Part shown: piece by piece, positions 13,847-27,140 of the stretch | How positions within the stretch are numbered: the first letter of the stretch is position 1 | Layout of the letters: the number at the start of each line of letters is the position of its first letter | From: Felis catus | Taxonomy: Eukaryota | Assembly (NCBI RefSeq): GCF_018350175.1 | Contig: NC_058368.1 | Span: 109,928,001-109,992,000 of the forward strand | Length of the DNA: 64,000 bases | Reading direction: 5' to 3' | The notes under the pieces: model-generated | Database searches by the model: none | Seen by the model: the letters and a program-made list of their open reading frames with translations, nothing else | Told to the model about the DNA's origin: nothing | Program-made: the position numbers and the translations under genes

Positions 13847-14050
13847 GGGGCGCCTAGGTGGCTCAGTCAGTTAAGCATCTTACTTCAGCTCAGGTCATGA
13901 TCTCACTGTGAGTTCAAGCTCCATGTTGGGCTTGACAGTTCAGAGCCTGGAACCTGCTTCAGATTCTGTGTCTCTGTCTCTGTCTCTCTCTCTCTGCCCC
14001 CTTGCCCCGTTGTGCTCATTCTCTCTCTCTAAAATAAACATTAAAAAATA
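13847..14050 (+). mobile_element. Can-SINE inserted in old L1
   Basis: Head GGGGCGCCTAGGTGGCTCAG. TSD aaaatatgaaaata. Confidence 0.92.
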
Positions 14051-14566
14051 AAAATATGAAAATACTGTAATCAATTATAGGTAATAAATATGATAAGCTC
14101 AATGAAATGGATCACTTAAAAGGAAGCCTTAATGATAAAAACTCTCAACAAAGTGGGTATACAAAGAATGCACCACAATGTAATAAAGGGTGTATATGAC
14201 AAGCCCACAGCTAGCATCAGACTCAATGGTGACAAGCTCAGAGCTTTTCCTGTAAGATCAGGAACAAGACAAGTATGTCCACTCTCGCCACTTTTATGCA
14301 ACATGGTACTGGAAGTTCTAGCCATGGCAGTTAGGCAAGAAAAATAAAATGCAGCCAAATTGGAAAGGAAGAAGAAAACTGTCACTATCTGCAGATGCCA
14401 TGACACTAAATATGGAAAATCCTCAAGACTCTACAAAAAAACCTGCCAGAACTAATAAATGAATTCAGTAACACTGGAGGATACAAAAATCAACAAAAAG
14501 AAATTGGTTCCATTTCTATACACTAATAACAAGCTATCATTAAGAGAAATTTAGAAAACAATCCCA

Positions 14567-14772
14567 GAGTGCCTGGGTGGCTCAGTCAGTTGAGTGCCCG
14601 ACTCTTGATTTTGGCTCAGGCCATGATCTCATGGTTGCGAGATCAAGCCCCGTGTTGGGCTCTGCGCTGACAGTACAGAGCCTGCTTGAGATTCTTTCTC
14701 TCCCTCTCTCTCTCTGCATCTCCCCCTGCTCACACTTTCTCTGTTTCTCAAAAGAAATAAACTTAAAAAAAT
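14567..14772 (+). mobile_element. Can-SINE inserted in L1
   Basis: SINE head and body. TSD aacaatccca at 14557-14566 and 14773-14782. Confidence 0.92.
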
Positions 14773-14845
14773 AACAATCCCATTTACTATTGTATCAAAA
14801 AGAATACAATATCTAAGAATAAACTCAACCAAGTAAAAGAATTGG

Positions 14846-15060
14846 TTTTTTTTTTTTTAACATTTTTTAAATGTTTCTATTTATTTTTGAGACAGAGCAT
14901 GAGCAGGGGAGGGGCAGAGAGAGAGACACAGAATCTGAAGCAGGCTCCAGGCTCCAAGCTGTCAGCACAGAGCCCGACACGGGGCTCGAACTCATGGACT
15001 GTGAGATCATGACCTGAGCTGAAGTCAAACACTTAACTGACTGAGCCACCCAGGTGCCCC
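14846..15060 (-). mobile_element. Can-SINE inserted in L1
   Basis: Reverse SINE. Duplicated caagtaaaaga at 14830-14840 and 15062-15072. Confidence 0.92.
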
Positions 15061-18000
15061 TCAAGTAAAAGACTTGTAGTCTGAAAACCATAAGACTTTG
15101 ATGAAAGAAACTGAAGATGACATCAACAAATGCAAAGACATTCCATGCTCATGGATTGGAAGAATTTATCACTGTTAAAATGTCCATACTACCTAATCTA
15201 CAGATTCAGTGCAATCCCCATCAAAATGACAAAGGCATTATTCACAAAATCATGAATATTAAGACCTGAGAGTCCTAAAATCGTATGGGATCACAAAAGA
15301 CCCAAATAGACAAAGCAATGTTGAGAAAGAAGAAGAAAACTGAAGGTTTCACACTCCCTGATTTCAAACTATACTATAAAACTATAGTAATTAAAATAGT
15401 CTGCTACTGGCAAAGAAAGAAACAAAGAAAGGAAGGAAGGGAGAAAGGATGGAAGGAAGGAAGAAAGAAAAAAAGAAACATAGATCAAAGGAACAGTACA
15501 GAGAGCCCAGGAAAAAAACCCCATGTACATATGGCCACTACAGCTATGCCAAAGAAGGCAATAATATACAACAGGGAAAAGACAGAATGTTCAATAAATA
15601 GTGTTGGGAAAACTGGACAACTACATACCAAAGAACCAAATTGGGCCTCTATCTTACACCATATACAAAAATAAATCCACAATGTATTACACACTTGAAT
15701 GTAAGACCTGAAACCCAAAACCTCCTAGTAGAAAACATAGGTGGTCAAGCTCTCTGACATCAATATTAGCAATCATTTTTGGACCAGTCTCTTCAGGCAA
15801 GGGCAAAAGTTAAAATAAACAAATGGGATTATATCCAACTAAAAGCTTTTGCACAACAAAGGAAACCATCAATAAATGAAAAGGCAACCTACAGAAGGGG
15901 AGAAGATATCTGCAAATCCCACATCCGATAAGGAGTTAGTATTCAAAATATATAAAGCACCTATACAACTTAATATAAAAAAATCCACAAACAACCCAAT
16001 TAAAAATTGGGCAGAGGACTTGATTAGACATTTTTACGAAGAAGACATCCAGATGGCCGACAGGCATATGAAAAGATGCTCATCATCACTCATCATCAGG
16101 GAAGTGCAAATCAAAACCGCAATGAGCTAACACCTCATACCTGTCAGAATGGCTAAGCTCAAAAACTCAATAAACAACAAGTGTTGGCGAGGATGTGGAG
16201 AAACAACAACCCCCTGTACACTGTTGGTAGGAATATAAATTCAGGCAGCCACTATGGAAAATAGAATGGAGGTTCGTCAAAAAGTTACAAGTTACCATAC
16301 GATTCAGCAATTTCACTTCTGGGTATTTATCTGAACAGAACAAACACACCAATGTGAGGAGATACATGCACACTGATGTTCACTGCAGCATTATTTATAA
16401 TAGCCAAGATAGGGAAGCAACATAAGTGTCCATCAATAGAGGCATGGATAAGGCAGATGAGGCATATATACAATACAACATTACTCGGCCCTAAAAAAGA
16501 ATAAAATATTACCATCTGTGACATCAATGAAGGACCTGAAGGGTATTCTGCTAAGTGAAAGGACAGAGTGAAATCTGACAGAGAAAGACACATACCATAT
16601 GATTTCACTTATACCTAGAATTTAAGAAACAAAACATACCAACAAACAAATCAGAAACAGATTCACAGATACAGGAAAAACTGCTGGTTACCAGAGCAGA
16701 GACAGGTTGGGGAGTAGGCAAAATCGGTGAAGGGGATGAAGAGGTACAAACTTCCAGTTATAAAATAAGTCGAGGGATGTAAGAGACAGCATAGGGAATA
16801 CAGTCAATAATATTGTAACCACCATTCCTGGTTATTAAGTAGATTAATCATGGGGATCATTTCATAACATACCAAAATATTGAATTCCTATGATGTACTA
16901 GTGAAACTAATAGGCTATTGTATGTCAATTATACTTCAAGAAAGAAAAAGAATCTTAAAAGTACCAACACGAATTAGTCAAGAAGAGATTATTTAAAAAA
17001 CTTTCAAGTGCTACTTTTCACTTATTCTAGATGAATGGGCCCTGGAGATGTTCTGCATAGCAAATGGCCTACAAGTCAACAATATTGTACTGTATATTTA
17101 AAAATCCATTGAGAGGATAGATCTCAAGTTACACATTTTTACCAGAAACAAAAAACTAAAAAACAAAAACAAGGGGACACAAGGAAACTTTTGGAGGTGA
17201 TGGCTATGTGTATTACCGGGATCGTGGTGACAGTACCGTGGGTACACACGTATGTGCAAGCTCATCCAACTGTATACATTCAGTACGTGTAGTTTTTTTG
17301 TATATCAATTATACATCAGTAATGTGGTTGGAAAAAAGTGCTACTAACCGAAAGTCACCCTGGCTAGTTTCATAGGAAGGTTCTTTCGTATGTTGAAGGA
17401 ATGGATCATTCCTATAGCCTATGACAGAGAGGATGTTGCAAATTAGGTCATGAAGCTCGTATAACCTGGACACTAAAACCTGCCAAAGAGCACAAAAAGG
17501 ATGACTACAGACCTAACTCACTTAGGACTAGATGAACCAAAATCCCAAGGGACGTATTAGCAAATCAAGTCTAGCATGGTAATAAAAGCGCATACCATGA
17601 CCAAGTATAACATGTTTCAGTGGCTAACTATCAGGAAATCTATAATTAATCACCTCCAAAATCACAGGCAGTCAAAATTTGATTCTCTTGCTAGGCACTG
17701 AAAGGGCTTTTGAAAAAAAATGCAAAATCAATTTCTTGGAGGAAAAAAACCTCAATAAAATAGGAACAGAATCACACTCGCTTCCTACAATGAGGAATAT
17801 CTCTATAAAAAGAAGAAACAGCACCATTCTTTTCAGATTGGTGAAATATTAAGTTGGAAAAAAAAAGAAAAAATGAAAAGGCAGGAAGGCAATATCAGAC
17901 TCACCATTATAGCAGGTGTGACAGTCAACCGAAGGCAAGAAATGAGAAGCACAAATATTAAAAGGATGGAGAAAAAATGTATTTTACCTGGATATGCTCC

Positions 18001-18979
18001 TGATGATGAACCCAAAAGTAGTAAGGTTTAATAAGTGAATGCAATACGGGGCCAGTACCAAAACATACACAACTAATAGCTTACTTACTGACAGCAACCA
18101 GACAGAAAATACGGTGGACCTAAGTGAAAAAAAAAATGGTAAAATCTCACTGAGGACATAAAAAAAGACTTGAGTAATTGTAGAGAGACTTTCTGGGATA
18201 GGAAGATGTACTGGGGTTAAGAAAGGAGATACCCCAAATTAAACCATACCTTTAATCTAATTGCAATTCAAATCAGTTGGTGAGGTCTTGACAAAAGAAT
18301 TCTAAAACTTACCCAGAAGAAAAAATGTGCAAGAACAGCTGAGTAAATTTTGAAAAACAACAGCGATGTCGGGCACTTTTTCACACCAGATATTACCAAG
18401 TAGGACAATAGCAAACGTTGCGGGGGGGGGGGGGGGGTCAGGGAGGCGGGGGAGGGGCAGGGGACTGCTCAGAGAATCCCCACCTCTGGGTCAGGCACCA
18501 CATTAATGGTTTGGATTGGTTTTACAAAATTCAGTCAATTTATTATACGCAGCCAACATTTATTAAATACCACACGGTGGCCGGCATTAGGGAAAGAATG
18601 AATGAAGATGGGACTGGTCCATATCCCCATGGAGCCTTCTGTCCCGGGGAAGGTGATTAAACAATGAACTCCAAATGTGATAAGCGTTCCAGGGTGGTGG
18701 GGGCTGGGGGAGCTTTTGGGGCACGGGGACAGGGGTCTGGGAAAACTTAAAGAACCCAGTAGGAGACACTCTCCACCTCACAAAGGAAATACTGACCTTC
18801 CATACACCCATGGTGCCCATTCCCTCAATTGATGGGAGGTTTGTCTATTGATCTGGTAAATCTAAACCGGTGGTGTGTGGACTGGCTTCTTCAGATAGAT
18901 GGCCAGTGGTCAGTACCAGCCTTGAAGACAGTCCTTGGCCTCAACCCTGACCTTTGATACCATCTGTGGACCCATGAAG

Positions 18980-19117
18980 TTCTGAAACTCAAGCGTGCAT
19001 CTGCATCCCCTGGGGGCCTTGTTAAAACTACACCGGGACCACCGCGCAGGGTCTGGTCTCGGAGGTCTGGGATGGGGCTGGAGGATTTGCTTCTACCTAT
19101 CAGGTTCCAGGTGAGAT
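18980..19117. mobile_element. MER5A-like hAT-Charlie DNA transposon fossil
   Basis: GCATCCCCTGGGGGCCTTGTTAAAA...GGTCTGGGATGGGGCTGGAGGATTTGC...CCAGGTGA resembles the recalled MER5A consensus. Confidence 0.7.
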
Positions 19118-19259
19118 CCTGAGTCAGTTCTGACTTGGAAGACGACAATTCAGGGCTAACTGTCAACTGAAATGCATGACAACATTCTAGAAAAAAGTGA
19201 AACGTGACTGAAAGTCAAGGGTGTGGAATGAGTCATTCACTTAAAAATACATGACTGTC

Positions 19260-19480
19260 GGGGCGCCTGGGTGGCACAGTCGGTTAAGCGTCCGACTTCA
19301 GCCAGGTCACTATCTCGCGGTCCGTGAGTTCGAGCCCCGCGTCAGGCTCTGGGCTGATGGCTCAGAGCCTGGAGCCTGTTTCCGATTCTGTGTCTCCCTC
19401 TCTCTCTGCCCCTCCCCCGTTCATGCTCTGTCTCTCTCTGTCCCAAAAATAAATAAAAAACGTTGAAAAAAAATTAAAAA
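19260..19480 (+). mobile_element. Can-SINE, young feline SINEC_Fc type
   Basis: Near-consensus and CpG-rich. Perfect 17-bp TSD aaaaatacatgactgtc at 19243-19259 and 19481-19497. Confidence 0.95.
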
Positions 19481-19560
19481 AAAAATACATGACTGTCTAC
19501 TGGGCAAAGACACCTGCACTGGCAGCGGTTGAAATACTGCTCAGATGTTCTCATGGTGAG

Positions 19561-19579
19561 AGGCGCCCCCTGCTGGCCA
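19561..19579 (-). promoter_or_regulatory. Candidate CTCF binding site
   Basis: Minus strand reads TGGCCAGCAGGGGGCGCCT, versus the core consensus TGGCCASYAGRKGGCRSYR. Confidence 0.7.
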
Positions 19580-19899
19580 TGGGTCTCTGTGAGCCACAAT
19601 CATCCTGGGGCTAAGACCATGCCTCCTGTGGCCTCCAACCTCTCAGAACTCTGCATGTTCCATCTTCCAAGGCCCACCCTTCCCAGTCTGGCCCCAACTA
19701 TGCAAATAGAGGTGGTTAGGACACTCTTCATCCTGCCCCTTATTCAGGAGCATGTCAGTATTCACAAGAAGTCTGGGCTTCTGGGGCATCCCTCATCCCC
19801 AAAACCTTCAGTTGTATCTTCTGGAACTCATGTTCAGCCATCAGCAAAATGTCCCATATCCTCAAACTCTTGTATGAACATTCCTTCACCTTCTCCCTC

Positions 19900-20860
19900 A
19901 AATGGAAACCTGGCGACATGGCTTCTCCTGCAGCCTCTTAAGGGGACTTGGTTCTCTCTCTCACCTCTTCCTCCTCTGAAGTGGGCTGGTCCGTGGGGTA
20001 GGCATACCCCTTGGTTCTCAGCACCACTGCCAGCCTTCTTCTTCCTTCGTCCCATTCTGAGTCTTACGTCCCCAGACAGCATGCCTCCTCACCCGCTGCA
20101 GGACACATTGCTCCAGCACATCCTTCCTACTCCTGCAGTGTTCTCCCCCTTTGTAATAATTCTTCTCATCAGCCCATGAGAAGCATTTAATTTCCACCTT
20201 GGGAAAACAAACCCCAAACCTCTTTCCCCCACCTTCACTCCCCGATACTGTCCAATTTTTCTCCTTGGAAGCACCCTGCAGAGATGTCCATATTTGGGGG
20301 CTCTAATTTCTCTCCTCCACGGCCTCTTGAGCCAGTCCCATCAGATTTTCCCCACCACACCACAGAAACAGCTCTTCTCCAATGGCCCCCACATGCCAAC
20401 CCTGCCCCCAGGGTCCAGTTCTCTGTCCTCATCTGTACTATTTGGCACAGCTGACCGCACCTCCTTGGTCCCGGATGTCCCTTCACCTTCAAGCTCAGAA
20501 ACCCAACCGGGTGCACAACACCTTAGCATTTATCATGTCTGCATGAGCTCCTGAACTTTCTTCCCCAAACCTGCTCCCCCAACCTCCTCTTGTCTCAGAA
20601 AATGGGCACTCCACCCTGCGGCTGCTCAGACCAAGATCCTGTGGAGGGACTGGTGACTTTCCCAGCAAGTTGACAGAGATGTCAGAGATGTCAATTTTTC
20701 AGTAAGGCTTTCACTTGCCATCCCCTCTCCCATTTCTACCTTTCATCTGACTTTCCTTATCCTATATGTTTTTCCATTCTCCTCCTGAGTATTTAGCACC
20801 CTCTGACTTGCCCCAAGAGGGCAGAGATTTTGGCCTGCTCACTGCTGGGTTTCCAACCCG
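19900..20860 (+). mobile_element. L2 LINE relic (boundaries approximate)
   Basis: Pyrimidine-rich with L2-like phrases (TTTTCCCCACCACACCACAGAAACAGCTCT; CCCCAAACCTGCTCCCCC; ATTTAGCACCCTCTGAC). Confidence 0.55.
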
Positions 20861-23800
20861 CGGCCTGTGAATGGCCTGCAGGAGACTTGTATGTATGTGT
20901 GGGATACAGATTATGCTGACACCTGGAAGATCCCGAGGGGCTGGCAGCAAAGAAGGGGGAAGCATTGTCAGCCAAGGGAACAATCAGTGCAAATTCATGG
21001 GCTGTAGCAGTTGGGGCAGGGTGGGGGCCAAGAGGTAAGGACAGTGGGTGGCAGGACCCAGGTCACCGTGAACACAGACTGCAGGCTATCGGGGCCAGGA
21101 AGCTGCTGGCTCAGGCCTCCCCTCCTTTGTCCTGCTGGACTGGCGTGGAGGAGACAACAGCAGGACAGCTAGGGACCCTGTGCACAGTCCTAGGTCCCTT
21201 GGGTCTTCCTCGCTCACTGCCTTGCACAAGCTCTGCTGAGAAGCCCATCGTGCCCTGACCCGACCACTTGCTAACTGGAAAACTGACAGGACAATGTTTA
21301 AGAAAAAAAAAAAAAAATCATCTCATCAGTGGGGTGGGAGCTTACTCACTGCCCTCAGAACCGAACTGTCCTCCTTGTGTGTGGTGACACAGCCATCAAT
21401 CCTACAGCTGGTGTGGAACAGGCCCAGGCTCTGGATGAAGCCCCTGATCACCTTGGGCAGAACATGCGAATCCTACTAGAGCCAGGGCTCTGGACCCAGC
21501 CTCCTGCCAGGACAGGAGAGCCCGAGAAGCTGACTGGGCATGGAGGCGTCAAAGACCCTGGTGGCCCTGGCCCCCACTTGGGTGGGGCCCAGTCAGAAAA
21601 AGTCCTGCATTTTCATTGTGAGAGACTGAGCGGGTGGTGGGGACACACAAATTCCTGCCGGCAACAAAGACCCACCAGTTTTCCGTTGGCCCTCATCTCC
21701 CCTCTTCCTTTGTATTAATTCACACACCAAAAAATCATTTGAAATTAATATATTCTGGGTAAACACATTCACTTTCTTTTAAATTTGCAAAACCCTCCAG
21801 TGAAAACATTTGAATATGTAACACAAAGGCCCGTTTTCTTTGGGAAGCATGGATCATTTCCAAGGTGAAAGGCAGCATCAACATGTCCTAAGTAAGAGGC
21901 ACATTCACAAAAGTACCAAGCTGGAGTAATAAACAGATTTGGGAGATTATTATTGTGTTTTGAGAAAGAATCCTTACTTGTCTGAACTGTGGGGGAGTTC
22001 GAGTGTGTTTTTATTTTAATGGATTAATCATTTATGTCTGAAGGTCTCCCTCCTTCCTATGAAGGCAATGCAGGAGGTTTGCATGAAGTTATAAATCATG
22101 TCAGTGTTTGGGCCTCATCTCTGGGAGGCCTGGTCTATGGGGAAGTCATACTAATAATTTGAGAGAGGCCAACCAGGTCAAGGCAGAGCTGTGGATGGAG
22201 AAGCCCCAGAAGGTGGTGGCCCAGCCTGTATATGGGGTCCTGCCCCTGCCATCAGGGAGTGGGGCAGCTCCAGAAAGAAGTATTTTATCCCTGGTTTGGC
22301 AAGTTTCTCTGGGCCTTGATTTTCCCCTCTGTATAATGGATTGGAGGCTCTCTGAGGGGCCATCAGCTCAGACCATCTGTGTCCACAAAGTGTAGTGAAA
22401 TATGGCTGAGACAACCCCTAATCTCTCTCATACCTGTGCCACCCTGGACCGTAAACAGGCATTTTCTGAGCATTTTAGATATAGCAGATCTCATCAGGCT
22501 GATAAGGCATTATTCCCATTTTACAAGTATGTTCACTTGCCTTCTTTGTATGCCAAAAGCACTTGAACCCAGGTCTCTCTGGCTCAGAGTTCGGCTCTCG
22601 ACTCTGTGACAGAGTTGTCGCCCGATGGGAGCTGCACCGTGCCTAGAGTGGGAAGCCCTACCCAGCTCCTACCCCCTGGAGTGGGATCTCTGTGCCTTTG
22701 CCCACCAGCCACATGCGAACTCCCTAGCACCTCTGCCCATTGGCTTGGAGTCTTCTGAGTACTCAGAGAAGCAGTTAACTAGGCAGGGCCCTCTGTCCTC
22801 CCTTCTTCATCCCCCCAACCCCTTCCCTCTGGTTGAAGAGAAACTATCTGGAGGAATGGACACAGAACATCGCTCCCTGACTGTGTGTCCACACACAGCC
22901 TCCACTCAGTAAGCCACAGGCCAGCTTCCGGGCCAAGTGGGGACCGAACCAGACCTCCAGGAGCACTGCTGGGCAACAGCACCGAATCCTACCTAGGCAG
23001 CTCAGGATCTTCATGGTTTTCAATCATGCTTGGGATGAATGACAAAAGGGAACCAATCCCAGGGATGAATTTCCTCCTGCCTTCTCTCCCGCTTCCTCAG
23101 GACACTCCTGAGCAAGGCAGCATTCCTGCTGTCGTGAGCACCAAGGGTGCCTCCTCAGCTTCCCAGGGGCTCTGCCAGGAAGCCTCTTGCACCATGCTGC
23201 AGCCTGCAAAGCTCTCTGCGTCTGCTGCCACTGTGAGCCTTGCATGGCACCCCAGCCTTCCTGGGACCTGAAGCAGCATCGGGAGTCTACACTGTGATGG
23301 GCCGAGCCCCAGCTGAGCTGGACAAGCGAGCCACATGGCTTGCCAACCTCAGTCCTGCTGAGGCCCAACTGGCCCTACATTCCCTGCCATAGCTCCTTCA
23401 TCACATGCTCAGGCTGCCAGCTGTTTTTGGCCAGGCCTGAGCTCAGCACGAGGGGCAGAGGGACATGAGGCAGGGTGCCTGTCCCCTGTCCTCCACAGTG
23501 TGTGGCCCACACCTGCATCCACCATCTGGATTCTTTAATAGCAAGAACATGATGCCCTGGTAAGGAGGAGTAGGGTAAGGCAGGGCAGGGCAGGTTGTTA
23601 AGAGTCTGGGCTTTGGAGTCAAGATGTGCTTTGCAGTTCCTAACTGCAGGGCTGGGTTCCTGAGATCACCGAATCCCTCTGAGCTCCAGTCACCTCCTCT
23701 ATGAAACGGGGATGGCGCACCACAGGTATTCAGCATTTGCTTTCCTAACTGTGTCTTTCACACCATTCTATTTTCAACATCTTCCCGTCTTCCCAAATAC

Positions 23801-26345
23801 AACTTTTTTCCCCCCTCTCAGTCCCACACAGAGCTTAACTTCTCTAACACTCGGAAAACCTTGCTTATTTCCAGGTCAGCAGGCAGTGGACTTAGGTCTC
23901 TGGGAGGCAACTCCACCTACTTTAGCATGGTGCTTCCATAACGGAGCTGACTAGTGGACCCACACGACACCCCCAAGTGCTGGGAGTCAGCCCAACCCAG
24001 GAACTTCATGGGCTCCTGCAGCTAGAGGCGCGCTCCCCCCCCCCGCCCAGGGGCCTCACCTGGCTGTCATGGGGCCAAGCACAAAGGGCCAATTTAATGA
24101 CAAAAAAACCCTGATCACCAAGTACGAGATCCCAGCATGCTCCTGACTACTGATCGTGTTTCCGCTGGAAGAGAAGCCTTAAATCTTTCCGCAGTTAGGA
24201 AATAGATCTCAAGTGGCCTCTTTTGGTTCTCAGCGGTTGGTTTTGCTTTACGTAGACTCCCCTGGGCCAAAAGCAGCCTCTTCAGTGGAGACTAGGTCAT
24301 GGTAGGGCCGGTGGGTGTGGGTGGGACGTGTTCAGGGAGGGAATGAACAGCTGCAGAGCCTACTTCCCACCTGGAGGGAGGGGCTCATTCTCTAGCTGGA
24401 GCCGAGGGGTACCTCATGGTGCTTCTGGGTTTGGGCTTTGCTCTTGGATTCAGCACTGGGCATGACTAACGGACTCAACCGCATCATGACCTCAGACTCA
24501 CAAATCTGGGGAGATGTGGGGCAGAAGGGCATGGACTTGCCCTTAGCACCATGGACGTGCCAGTTAGCATATGAAGTCATCTAAGACCACACAGTCTCTT
24601 CCAGCGGCCCGGGGCAAGTACAGGCTCTCACCTGTGAGGCACTCAGTTTCCCTGGCAGGTGGCTCCCCTCCCCCTCCTCAGAGATTCTTTTGTAAGAAAT
24701 CAAGGAGAAGAGGTTCAAGCTCTCTAAGCCCCTCGTTCTTGTGAAGTGGGGTCAGGATATAAAAGGCTAATGAATACTGCTTCATTTGCCTTGTCCAGGT
24801 TTATCCGAGGACCCGAGGGACCTGGGGTGAGCCATGTCGAGTTGTTTCACAACCAAGTGGTCACCGACATTGTGCCACGCCGGGCACTCCTTGCCAGGTT
24901 TAGAGGGAAAAGCCCTCTTTCTGTTAGAGCACGTGCTCTGCCCTTGGAGCAGCCCCTGGTGCCAGGGAGCCCCAGACACTGCCTGCCGGCTACACTGGAC
25001 AGTGGCCTCTGAACCTAGTCTGGGTTAACTCACCTAGTTGTAACGAGGAACCCCTGGGTTATTTCTGGAGAAATCCAGTGACTTCATTGTAGGCCTGGAT
25101 TTAAGCCAGCAAGCACAGCTGCAAACCCCCAAAGAATTAAGTATGTCCCAGGGTAAGGGAAATACTAAGATATGGCCTAGGCATGTATGGCTATAAAAAT
25201 CCTACAACATCCCGCAGGGTAAATGTAGACACCAGCTGAGCTCACCCCAGTTGTCCTTAAATGGCTTGTTACCCTGATTCCAGAGGTAAGTGAAATGGAG
25301 CCTCATTATGTAATCATTCTTAACACCTTGCTCACTTTATCTCAGAGCAGAAGCCCTGGCCACCAGCTGGCACAAAAGATCTAGGGCAGACTTGGAGTTT
25401 CCACACCGCCGTGATACTTGAACGCCCTGCTCAGTGGTCGAAGTGGAGCCCCGCTGGGCTTGGCTGGATATATCTAACTTCCGTGGGGTGCTGACCACGG
25501 CACTGTGATGGCCTGCTTGTGTTGATGGCTGAAATGGCCAGGTTGGGGCATCCAGTGGTGTGACACAGAGGTCAAAGCATGGTTCTGGGTCTAGGAAGAC
25601 ACCCACCAGTGGTATGGCTGCAGATAAGTGACCTTACCTAGAGATTCATCCATAACGTGGGTTAAAATACACTGACTGGCAAAGTCCACATGACGTGTTA
25701 GCACAGGGCTTGGCCAGCCTAAGTGCTCAGAAAACACTGGCTATTTCAGTGGCTTGTGTTGTCATCGGGAGGGGCTTATTCTTCTCAGTTTCTAGGAGTC
25801 TTGGCAACACGGGGGGGTCTGTGAGAAGCAATAAAAATGTCCCAAGCCTGCTCAGGTTCTTAGCTTGGTCCCAACTGAGGCTTGTTGAGCCTCTTAGGGA
25901 GGCATACGGGAAGCAGGCCCTGTTGTAAGAGGTAAGGCCTCCCCACTTGACAGGTGATTCGGGTGAACACCACCTGGGAGAGGAATGTTGTGTTGTAGAC
26001 AGTGTCAGCTACTCAGTGGGTCCAAGAGCACAGCAGCTGGCTGTCGCTGAGGCACCGGCACATTCTATGGGGACCCCACTAGAGCCCCGGCTGCTGAGTG
26101 TGACTTGCCTGAGTAGCTCACCCCCTTGCACTGGGATCATCTCATCAAAGAAGGCTTCGGGTGAAGCCATACAGAGAAACTAGTCGGCCGACTGCCCTTT
26201 CTCCACTGCTGCCCTTTACTTACTACAGGGACGAGATACTTGGGGCTCAGACAATCTTTAAGATAGAGTACGGGATGGGGAGGAGTGCTGTGAGCAGCAT
26301 TTCGGGAACGCTTTGAAGGGACGACATGCATGGAGCCATTTACTA

Positions 26346-26859
<514 letters not shown>

Positions 26860-27140
26860 CTGTAGCCGAGCTGCCTGCGAGGCTGTGACGGCCCGGGCAG
26901 CAGGGACCCCGTCGCTCTTACGTGTTGCTTGCCTCGACCTGATATACTCACTTAACGCCTTATTCAGCCTGTGAGGCCAGGCTTGAATACCTTCCCCACA
27001 CACCCCCTCAATTTCTAATCACTGGGCTCGTTTGCCCCTCCTACTAATCCTGGGCCTGCTCGGCTGGTTTCCTGGGCTTCTCACCCACCTGCTGAGAAGC
27101 TCTGGTGGGCAGCCTTGTTTAGGGCTGGCAAGTATTTCTT

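Larger units (their letters stand above)
13680..18400 (+). mobile_element. Nested L1 cluster: ancient L1 ORF2 relic interrupted by a younger L1 (about 14123-16950, ORF2 3' half plus 3' UTR) and a short L1 3' end (about 17016-17335)
   Basis: ORF2-like peptides in the ORF track (IKTLNKVGI...[49 protein letters not shown]...[12 protein letters not shown]), with frameshifts and stops. Putative TSDs cttaaaag and aagtgctact. Confidence 0.85.

Noticed and set aside
14132..16130. Reverse-transcriptase/ORF2-like peptides
   Set aside because: Fragments of a dead, 5'-truncated, SINE-interrupted L1. Not a functional or domesticated gene.
24542..24561. REST/RE1-like TTAGCACCATGGACGTGCC (also partial matches near 8978 and 50832)
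   Set aside because: Mismatches at key positions of TCAGCACCnnGGACAG make these too weak to call.
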